Source: an uncultured archaeon (lineage in GTDB: Archaea > Asgardarchaeota > Lokiarchaeia > Sigyniarchaeales > SOKP01). From it: DNA of 10,071 nucleotides. Below the pieces are notes generated by a model, which saw nothing but the letters and a program-made list of their open reading frames with translations, was not told where the DNA came from and did no database searches. Of the stretch, positions 1 to 7,393 are shown one piece after another. The stretch is taken from NCBI GenBank assembly GCA_964583985.1, contig CAZOYD010000061.1, forward strand, positions 11,631-21,701, written 5' to 3'. The position numbers were made by a program, and so were the translations under genes. Position 1 is the stretch's first letter; every line of letters begins with the position of its first letter.

Positions 1-3000
1 TTCTTTAATCTTCAACTCATTTTCACGTTCTTTTATCAATATTTCTTTTTTCCTAAGTTTCTCTTGTTCAACATTATTTTGACTTGTTATTTGGTTTTGA
101 AATTCAAATTCTTCTCTTTCCATTTCGATTTTTTTATGCAATTCTTGTTGCTTTTTTATAAGAGCATTTTGTTTCTTCGATTGGATTTCAATGATTGAAG
201 ATCTTATAAGCTTTAATTCCTCAATCCACTGTATTTCTGCAAAAATTTCTTCAATCTGAAGATATATATCAATGGCATCATCAAACTTTCCTTGCTCAAT
301 TAATTCATTAGCAGTATCCATTAATTTGAATGCTTTTTCCTTGCGTTGTTCTCTAAATTGGAATTCTTCTTTCTGTTTTCTAATTGCAATCTCCTTAGCT
401 CTCAATTCCTTCTTTTCCTGCTCTAGTTGTTGAAATAATGTATTTTGAAATTCAATCTCTTCTTTTTCGTGTTTAATTTTTGCTTCTTCTAATTTTTGGT
501 TTGAAATTTGTTGTTGCTTCTTTCTAAGTAGAAAATCTGAAATTGATTGCTTAATCAATGGTAATTCATCATTCCACCCTATTATCTTAAAAATCTCTTC
601 TACTTTCTGATAATCAACAATACCACCATCAAAATCACCAATCTTTGCTTTAATTTGTGCTTTATCTATGAAAGAAAAAGCTAGCTTTCGTTGTTCCTCT
701 AATTCTTTTGAGATAGCCTCCTTTTTTGATAATGATATGGCCTTTTCATTTAATCTTTCTCTTTCTTTTCGTATTTGCAAGGATTGTTGCTTTTGGAATA
801 AATATTCTTCCCTTTCTTTTTCTAATTGATGTTCTATTGCTTTTTGCTTTCTAAGTTCTTCTTGGGATTGTTTTTCACGTATTGCTAACCTTGTTTCTTT
901 TATTAAATCGGTAGGGAATTGTATTTCATTTAAAATAAGTTCTGCTTTTCTATACATTTCAAGTACTTCAGCATAATTACCTTTACTAACAAGTTTTTCT
1001 GCCTTTTCCAATATATCAAATGCTTCTTCTTTTTTCTGTTTCAAATAGTTCTTTCTTTCCTCTTCCTGTTTAACTTGAATCTGCTTCAATCGTATCCTTT
1101 TTGCTTCATCTTGCATTATTGTTTGAATCTTCTCTTGAAATATTCTATTTTCTTGTTCTTGTTTTAAGTTTTCCTCCAATTCTTTTTGTTTTAGCAATTC
1201 ATCCTCTCTTTTCTTTGCTTGGATTTTATGGATCATCACTTCTACGATATCGGTTGGAAAATCAATTTCACTTAAAATGAGCCCTGCTTGCCGATAAGTT
1301 TGCATTGATAAATCATATTCACCTTTATTCAATAATTCTCCCGCATTATCTAATAAATCAAATGCTTTAACGCGTTGCAATTCCATTCTCACTTTAGCCT
1401 CTTCTTGTTTTTGCACTTCTATTTGTTTTAGTTGTAATCGATTTTGTTCGCGTTCCATTTGTTCCTTGATACTCTTATTGAAAAGCTCTTCTTCTCTCAT
1501 TCCTTCTTGAATTAATTTTTCTTGTCTAGCTTTTTCGTATTCTTTCTCTGCTTTGCGAGAATAAATGGATTCCAAAGTTTCTTTTAATAATTTTAAATAT
1601 CCTCCCGTCCATCCAATTTTTTCTAAGATACTGATGGATTCTACATAATTGGATACGGCGTCTTCATATTTTTCTTGTTTTATCAAGTCATCAGCAGTTT
1701 CTATTAATTTTAATGCATTTTCTTGCTTTTTCAGATTTTCTGCACTGAGTACTTTTTTCTTCTCTAATTCTTCCATTTCTTTCTGAATTTTGATTTTTTC
1801 AACTTCTCTCTGACGTTTAACTTGATCTATAAAGCGCTTATATGTAGTTTCCCGTTTGATACCTTCCTCAACGGTTTTTTGTTTCCATGCTTCTCTCTCG
1901 GCTTTTTTAGATCTTATCTCATTTATAGCTTGATTTATCAATGGTAGTTCTTCCTTCCATTGGATTTGGGCAAATATTTTTGCTACTTCATGATATAAAT
2001 CTATAGCCTCATCATACTTAGCCTGTGAAATCAGATCTTGCGCCTTATTAATCAAAGTAAAAGCTTCATTTTTCCGTGATTCACGATGTTCCAACTCTTT
2101 TTCATACTCTCGAAAGATAAGATCTTGTTTTTTCAACTCTTCTTGTTGCATTCTAATTTGATCAACTAATTGAATTTGAAATTCTCTCTCACTTTGCTCT
2201 TTTAAAAGTCTATTTCTCAGTTCTCTTTCCTTCTTTTCTTGTACATTACGTTTTTTTTGTTCAATTTCTAATATCGAATTCTGGATTAATTCAATTTCGT
2301 CATACCATTGAATGTCCGCAAAAATATTTACTATAGATTTATATATATCACTGGCAGAATCAAAATCCCCTTCCATTAGTTGAACCTGTGCTTCATCCAT
2401 GAGCTGAAATGCCTCCTCTTTTCGCTTTTCTCGATATTCTAATTCGTTTGCTCTTTCTCTCATTTTGATGTCTTGTTGTTTCAACTTCATGCGTTCAATT
2501 TCTAATTGTTGCGATATTTTTTCCTGAAATTCTTGTTCTTTTTGAAGACGAATTAAAGATTTTTCTCTTTCTTCTTGAATAAGTCTTGCTTTTTCTTTCT
2601 TTTTCATTTCAAGTTCTTTAATTGAATTTTCAATGAGAGGTAATTCATCAGTCCAATGGATTTCAGCGAAAATGTTACTTGCATTTGTATAAGCAATGAT
2701 AGCTTTATCTAAATCCCCTTCTCTAATGTATTTTTGCGCTTTTTCTAATATTACAAACGCATCATTTTTCCTTTCTTCTCGGATTTTTAGCTCTTCATTC
2801 TTACTCAACATTACAATTTCTTGCTTTTTTATCTTCACTCTTTCACGATCTAATAGCTCAGAAATTTGTTGTTGAAAAACTAAATGACTTTCTTTCTTCT
2901 CATCTTGTCTTCTGCGTTCTTCATATTCTACTTTTAATTGCTGTTCCTTTAATATATTTACATTATCAATCGTTGTTTTGATGATATTCTTATAAGATTC

Positions 3001-4310
3001 CCATTCACTCCCCAAATTTTCAAGAAAATCTAAAGCTTGTTTGTATTTTAGAATTCCTTGATCAAAATCCCTTTTATTTTGCAATATATCATCAGCATCT
3101 TCAAGGATTTTTAGGAATTCTTGTTCTTGAAGTTCTTCTTTTCTCCTTTTGCCTTCATATCTTAAACGGCGTTCTTCCAATTCCTTATGGGTTCGTTCAA
3201 TGTCTTTACCCTCCTTGGATGTTAAAGTCTTTTGAATCTCATCTATTTTTTCTTCTCTTTTTTTCTTTTGACTTTCGACAGATTTTTCTAATTCTTTTCT
3301 ATTCTCAATATCTTTAATGAAATTCTTGATAGGCTGAATATAGGAATCCCAATCAATTAATTTAAACATTTCAATGGCTTGTTGATATTTTTCAATCGCC
3401 TTATCATAACTTTTTTCTCGTTCCATCCTTTTTCCAATGTCAATAAGAGTAAAAGCATCTGATTGGATTTGCTCTTCATTTAATTTTGCAGCTTCAAGTT
3501 TTTTAGCTGAATATTCATATGCTTGTTCTTTTTTTATAGCTCTATCATCAGCATCATCTTTCACTTTAGTAGATTTAGACTTTTGATATGTATCGAGCGT
3601 TGCTTTATCTTGCTTTAGTTTTTCAACAATTGTTTGTAATTTAATGGTTTGCTCTTGCCACCCAATTGAATTTAGAAGCTCAATTGCATTCTGATAGCTT
3701 AAAATCGCCTCATTATATTTTCTATCTTTTTCATAGAATTTTGCATTATCAATAAAAGCAAACGCATCATTTTGGATTTGTTCTTCTTTCTCTTTTGCGT
3801 ACTTAAACTTGATCAGTTCCTCAGCTTTAGCATCGCCCTTTTTCTGACCAAATACTCCCACAACTTGAGGTTGTGAAGTTTTAGGTATACTTTGAACTTG
3901 TTGATCCTTTAATTTTACTGACAATGCTTGAAGCTTACTCCTTAAATTATCTAATTGTGTATCAGACCAGCCCGCTTGAAAAAGTAAATTGATAGCGGAG
4001 TTATATTGCTCTATAGCATTATTATATTGACCATTCTTTTCAAATTTATTTGCAGCATCCATTAAGGAAAATGCTTGATCTTGGAGACTCTCTAATTGAA
4101 CTTTTAATTCTGCTTGTTGCATTAAACGGTCATTTTTAAGACTCTCTTTTAATCGCTCAACTCGTTCATATATGTCATTAATGCGAAGAGACATATAGCC
4201 ACTTTGTTTCAATAACTCAGCAGCACTTAAATAATTCTCAATCGCATTGTTAAAATCTCCACTTTCTTCATAAAGCTGTGCGGCATCTAAAATCCTTATG
4301 ACCTCTTGAG
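1..4310 (-). repeat. 13 degenerate protein-level repeats, period 76, then 103, then about 116 aa
   Basis: Consensus AFxL(I/M)(D/E)xAxxxxxxGx(Y/F)DxAIxxYxxAxxI(F/L)xxIx(W/F). Anchor aromatic codons start at 4195(Y), 3967, 3658, 3349, 3001, 2653, 2305, 1957, 1609 (all W), 1258(F), 916(F), 574(W) and 226(W). Spacings are 228, 309, 309, 348, 348, 348, 348, 348, 351, 342, 342 and 348 nt. Confidence 0.92.
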
Positions 4311-4332
4311 CAATACTTTCATTTTTTTCCAT
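1..4332 (-). CDS. Giant tandem-repeat helical protein (MIT/TPR-like helical heads plus charged helical linkers), >=1444 aa, C-terminus beyond the window
   Basis: Translated by hand. ATG at 4332 (MEKNESIAQEVIRILDAAQLYEESGDFNNAIENYLSAAELLKQSGY...) and no in-frame stop down to position 1 (...KEILIKERENELKIKE). An in-frame TGA at 4339-4341 bounds it upstream. It is probably absent from the ORF track because it has no stop in the window. E/K/Q/R/I/L-rich, with no signal peptide or TM segment seen. Confidence 0.95.
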   Translation of the reverse strand, partial: MEKNESIAQEVIRILDAAQLYEESGDFNNAIENYLSAAELLKQSGYMSLRINDIYERVERLKESLKNDRLMQQAELKVQLESLQDQAFSLMDAANKFEKNGQYNNAIEQYNSAINLLFQAGWSDTQLDNLRSKLQALSVKLKDQQVQSIPKTSQPQVVGVFGQKKGDAKAEELIKFKYAKEKEEQIQNDAFAFIDNAKFYEKDRKYNEAILSYQNAIELLNSIGWQEQTIKLQTIVEKLKQDKATLDTYQKSKSTKVKDDADDRAIKKEQAYEYSAKKLEAAKLNEEQIQSDAFTLIDIGKRMEREKSYDKAIEKYQQAIEMFKLIDWDSYIQPIKNFIKDIENRKELEKSVESQKKKREEKIDEIQKTLTSKEGKDIERTHKELEERRLRYEGKRRKEELQEQEFLKILEDADDILQNKRDFDQGILKYKQALDFLENLGSEWESYKNIIKTTIDNVNILKEQQLKVEYEERRRQDEKKESHLVFQQQISELLDRERVKIKKQEIVMLSKNEELKIREERKNDAFVILEKAQKYIREGDLDKAIIAYTNASNIFAEIHWTDELPLIENSIKELEMKKKEKARLIQEEREKSLIRLQKEQEFQEKISQQLEIERMKLKQQDIKMRERANELEYREKRKEEAFQLMDEAQVQLMEGDFDSASDIYKSIVNIFADIQWYDEIELIQNSILEIEQKKRNVQEKKERELRNRLLKEQSEREFQIQLVDQIRMQQEELKKQDLIFREYEKELEHRESRKNEAFTLINKAQDLISQAKYDEAIDLYHEVAKIFAQIQWKEELPLINQAINEIRSKKAEREAWKQKTVEEGIKRETTYKRFIDQVKRQREVEKIKIQKEMEELEKKKVLSAENLKKQENALKLIETADDLIKQEKYEDAVSNYVESISILEKIGWTGGYLKLLKETLESIYSRKAEKEYEKARQEKLIQEGMREEELFNKSIKEQMEREQNRLQLKQIEVQKQEEAKVRMELQRVKAFDLLDNAGELLNKGEYDLSMQTYRQAGLILSEIDFPTDIVEVMIHKIQAKKREDELLKQKELEENLKQEQENRIFQEKIQTIMQDEAKRIRLKQIQVKQEEERKNYLKQKKEEAFDILEKAEKLVSKGNYAEVLEMYRKAELILNEIQFPTDLIKETRLAIREKQSQEELRKQKAIEHQLEKEREEYLFQKQQSLQIRKERERLNEKAISLSKKEAISKELEEQRKLAFSFIDKAQIKAKIGDFDGGIVDYQKVEEIFKIIGWNDELPLIKQSISDFLLRKKQQQISNQKLEEAKIKHEKEEIEFQNTLFQQLEQEKKELRAKEIAIRKQKEEFQFREQRKEKAFKLMDTANELIEQGKFDDAIDIYLQIEEIFAEIQWIEELKLIRSSIIEIQSKKQNALIKKQQELHKKIEMEREEFEFQNQITSQNNVEQEKLRKKEILIKERENELKIKE

Positions 4333-4553
4333 ATACTCTCAACTCATCAAACAAATCCATTATATTAGAAAGAAGTTGATTTTAAAAAAATAATCACTAA
4401 TTACAATAAATTAAGCGATTCTTTAATTAAATTTTTTATATTGCACGAATTATTAGTAATAAAAAGATTAAGTAAATGGGGATTTACTCTCTAACATTGC
4501 CATAGCTGAAAATAATGACAAATTATTTAAAAACAAAAGATCATAATTAAACG
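4333..4553. promoter_or_regulatory. Divergent AT-rich promoter region with candidate archaeal TATA boxes
   Basis: TTTAAAAA at 4526-4533 lies 28 nt upstream of the 4554 ATG, consistent with a leaderless transcript. Minus-strand TTTTAAAA at about 4387-4380 lies about 50 nt upstream of the 4332 ATG. AT richness makes individual box calls weak. Confidence 0.45.
4471..4488. promoter_or_regulatory. Perfect inverted repeat AGTAAAT-GGGG-ATTTACT, candidate transcription-factor operator
   Basis: 7-bp perfect arms with a 4-nt spacer, located between the divergent genes and about 40 nt upstream of the candidate TATA box of the ASKHA gene. Confidence 0.3.
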
Positions 4554-6515
4554 ATGACAACCAATCACAACAATATCGTTATTGATTTTGAACCAATATC
4601 ACGAAGAATTTATTATTCCGATAGTAAAACTATTTATCATGCATTGACCAAGGCTGGTATTCGAATTAAATCTATTTGTGGAGGAAAAGGAACTTGCGGG
4701 AAATGTAAACTCTTAATACAAAAAGGGATGGACCTTTTTAATGTTCCTACTAATGCAGAAATAGAAAATCTTTCAAAAAGAGAAATACAGCAAGGATGGA
4801 GATTAGCTTGTCAAGTCATGCTTGATTCAAAAAAGATTGAACGGTTAAATAATCCGCAAGATCAGGATGCACGTATTTTTTTACCTGACGATTTATTGGT
4901 TGAAGATTTTAAAATCTTAACATCTGGAGTCGATAAAGGCGTTCAATTAAATCCTAACGTGATAAAATTAACAGTTCTTCCAGAAAAACCATCATTAGCT
5001 AAACCAATTCCTGATTTTGAAAGAATTCTAAAGGCTTTACCTCCTGATAAATTAAAAACAAGAAGCAATCTTGACATTGAATATAACATCTTAAAAAATC
5101 TTCCGGATCTGATACGAAATCAAGAAGATGAACTTACCCTTACCATTTTAAACCAAAAAAATATAATCGATTGCGAACCGGGAAATACACTTGAGAAGAA
5201 TTTTGGAATTGCATTTGATATCGGAACAACCACGATTGTAGGTTATCTAATGAATCTTAATGACGGTAAAATATATGCCGTATCTTCTCTTTTAAATCCT
5301 CAAACAGCTTATGGCGAGGATGTCATTACAAGGATTACTTATATCAAGGAGAATGAAGATGGACTAACTCAACTCAATACAGCAGTAATAGATGCTCTCA
5401 ACATTATCATAGATAAAACCTGCAAGAATGCAAAGATTGAAAAATCGAACATCTATGAAATTTCCATTGTTGGCAATTCGGTCATGCATCACATCTTTTT
5501 AGGCATTACTCCAATTTACATAGGTTTAAGTCCATATGTTCCAGCGATACAACGAAACCTGAATTACACATCTCAAAATTTGGGATTAAAGACTTCTAAG
5601 CAAGCTAATGTTTATGTTCTCCCCGTGATTGCCGGGTTTGTCGGAGCGGATACAGTGGGTGTTATCTTATCCTCTCAAATTGAAAAAGAGTCCGAATTAA
5701 CACTTGCAATTGATATTGGAACTAATGGAGAAATTGTCATTGGGAATAAAGACGTACTAGCAACCGCATCATGTGCGGCGGGATCTGCTTTAGAAGGCGC
5801 ACACATCAAACATGGCATGCGGGCAGCAGCAGGGGCCATTGATACAATCAGAATCGACCCAAAAGATTTCTCGGTTGATTATACAACCATTCAAGATAAA
5901 AAACCAATGGGTATTTGTGGATCTGGACTGATAGATGTTGTAGCAGAATTATTAAAAGCAAGAGTTCTGACTCGTAGCGGTAATTTTAATAAAGAATTGG
6001 TCGGAAACGGAAGGGTAATTAAAATGGGAAATACGATCGAATTTGTCATTGCCGAAAAAGACGAAACATCAATAGGAAAACAGATCACCCTCTCTCAACA
6101 CGATATACGAGAATTACAAATGGCAAAAGGAGCTTTTTATTCAGGCACGCGATTAATTTTATCCTACTTGGATCGCACAAGAAAAAAAAAGCATTCCATT
6201 CAACAAATATACTTGGCTGGTGCGTTTGGTAATTACATTAGCAAGGCGAATGCGAAATTTATTGGAATGATACCTGATATATCTGACGAAAACATATTTC
6301 AAATTGGTAATGCTGCTGGAATGGGAGCTCAACACTGTTTGATTAATAAAAGTCTTAGGCAAAAAGCTCAAGACCTATTAAAATCAATCGAGTATGTAGA
6401 AATCGCCGTGGAGAAAGATTTTCAACAAGAATACGCTAAAGCTATGTATTTTCCTCATTTCAATCTTGATTATTTTCCTTCATTAAGAGAATATGACCAC
6501 ATCCCAAAGCGATGA
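4554..6515 (+). CDS. ASKHA-domain ATPase with N-terminal 2Fe-2S ferredoxin (DUF4445; RACo/AcsV-type ATP-dependent reductive activator of corrinoid proteins)
   Basis: Plant-type 2Fe-2S motif CGGKGTCGKC...RLAC. ASKHA/RACo motifs DIGTTT, NPQxxYGEDVITRI, GNSVMHH, GFVGAD, DIGTNGE, AAGSALEG, GICGSG, DIRELQMAKGA, LAGAFG and GNAAGMGA. The 653-aa length is typical of the family. Confidence 0.93.
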   Translation: MTTNHNNIVIDFEPISRRIYYSDSKTIYHALTKAGIRIKSICGGKGTCGKCKLLIQKGMDLFNVPTNAEIENLSKREIQQGWRLACQVMLDSKKIERLNNPQDQDARIFLPDDLLVEDFKILTSGVDKGVQLNPNVIKLTVLPEKPSLAKPIPDFERILKALPPDKLKTRSNLDIEYNILKNLPDLIRNQEDELTLTILNQKNIIDCEPGNTLEKNFGIAFDIGTTTIVGYLMNLNDGKIYAVSSLLNPQTAYGEDVITRITYIKENEDGLTQLNTAVIDALNIIIDKTCKNAKIEKSNIYEISIVGNSVMHHIFLGITPIYIGLSPYVPAIQRNLNYTSQNLGLKTSKQANVYVLPVIAGFVGADTVGVILSSQIEKESELTLAIDIGTNGEIVIGNKDVLATASCAAGSALEGAHIKHGMRAAAGAIDTIRIDPKDFSVDYTTIQDKKPMGICGSGLIDVVAELLKARVLTRSGNFNKELVGNGRVIKMGNTIEFVIAEKDETSIGKQITLSQHDIRELQMAKGAFYSGTRLILSYLDRTRKKKHSIQQIYLAGAFGNYISKANAKFIGMIPDISDENIFQIGNAAGMGAQHCLINKSLRQKAQDLLKSIEYVEIAVEKDFQQEYAKAMYFPHFNLDYFPSLREYDHIPKR

Positions 6516-6592
6516 TCATTCCAATTATCATTATATTGATAAAATAGATAGGTGGTACAAGAAATTTAATAAGTGGATTATTTTAAATGGGA

Positions 6593-6602
6593 ATTTTTCT
6601 TT
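6593..6602 (+). terminator. Possible oligo-T archaeal terminator after the ASKHA gene
   Basis: ATTTTTCTTT tract about 80 nt downstream of the stop at 6515. Weak evidence in an AT-rich context. Confidence 0.25.
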
Positions 6603-6783
6603 CCAATTCAAATTTAAATTGTGTAAAAATATTTAAGAAATAAAGATATTAATTTTTTAACAGATATAATATAAGCTTTAAAAGAGAATTAAATAAATTC
6701 TTAAATAACTATTAAGATAATAACTTATATACAAAGATAAATTTTTTAATACATATAAGAATAATTCAAGGAAAGGATATTCC

Positions 6784-7311
6784 ATGTCAAGTTTTAAACT
6801 CAAAATTCTTCTAACTGGTGCAGCAGCAGTAGGAAAAACCAGTTTGGTTCAAAGATTCATCAAGAATCGTTTTGCAGCTAATTATAAGCTCACCGTTGGA
6901 GTTGATATTTTAACTAAGGATGTAGAATTTAGACAAGGCGAAGTAGCAACTCTTTCTATATGGGATATTGGAGGACAACAAAGATTTGAGTTTATTCGAA
7001 GTACTTTTTACAAAGGAGCTGCAGGAGCCTTGTTAGTCTTTGATTTAACCCGTGAGCAAACATATATAGAAACTCGTAAATGGTTGACTGAAATTAGACA
7101 ATTCGCGGGAGAAAACATTCCCTTTGTTTTGATTGGCAATAAAGCAGATTTAGTCGAGGATGTCGGTGTGGTCATTGACCGTGAAGAAGCTAGAAAGTTT
7201 GCTGAGAGCGAAGGAAGCATTTACATTGAAACTTCAGCAAAAACAGGAGAACACGTAGATGAATCTTTTACCGAGTTAACTAGACGGATTATTGATTCTC
7301 GATCTCAATGA
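6784..7311 (+). CDS. Rab-like Ras-superfamily small GTPase (Asgard-type), 175 aa
   Basis: G1 GAAAVGKT, G2 YKLTVGVD, G3 WDIGGQ, G4 NKAD, G5 ETSAK. RabF-like motifs VGVDI, TLSIW, RFEFIR, FYKGA and LVFDLT. Purine-rich GGAAAGGA upstream of the ATG. No C-terminal Cys. Confidence 0.95.
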   Translation: MSSFKLKILLTGAAAVGKTSLVQRFIKNRFAANYKLTVGVDILTKDVEFRQGEVATLSIWDIGGQQRFEFIRSTFYKGAAGALLVFDLTREQTYIETRKWLTEIRQFAGENIPFVLIGNKADLVEDVGVVIDREEARKFAESEGSIYIETSAKTGEHVDESFTELTRRIIDSRSQ

Positions 7312-7340
7312 GATTTCCGAATTAATCTCTTCCAAAATCA

Positions 7341-7375
7341 ACTATTTTTACTTTAATTATTTCAAACTTTCTTCT
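7341..7375 (+). terminator. T-rich convergent intergenic tract, possible terminator for the GTPase gene
   Basis: ACTATTTTTACTTTAATTATTTTCAAACTTTCTTCT-like T-rich tract between the convergent stops at 7311 and 7394. Confidence 0.3.
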
Positions 7376-7393
7376 AAACGAAATAGATTCGTT

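Noticed and set aside
1-4332. Calling the giant protein a true spectrin repeat, SMC/myosin-like or canonical TPR solenoid protein
   Set aside because: The period (about 116 aa, half of it a highly charged linker) differs from ~106-aa spectrin repeats and from contiguous 34-aa TPRs. No Walker A motif or motor domain appears in the visible part.
4339-4347. In-frame upstream ATG-AGT-TGA just before the giant ORF (possible uORF or selenocysteine readthrough)
   Set aside because: Readthrough from this ATG would add only five residues, there is no redox-motif context and no SECIS-like element was seen. It is more likely leader or RBS-like sequence.
5891-6371. Short minus-strand ORFs 5891-6088 and 6159-6371
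   Set aside because: Antisense shadows inside the well-conserved ASKHA gene, with no recognisable motifs.
6640-6765. Repeated AAGATAA (6714, 6734) and AGAATT-N5-AATTCT (6685-6701) upstream of the GTPase gene
   Set aside because: Short A/T-dominated words are expected by chance in this extremely AT-rich spacer. No GC-rich structured RNA is evident.
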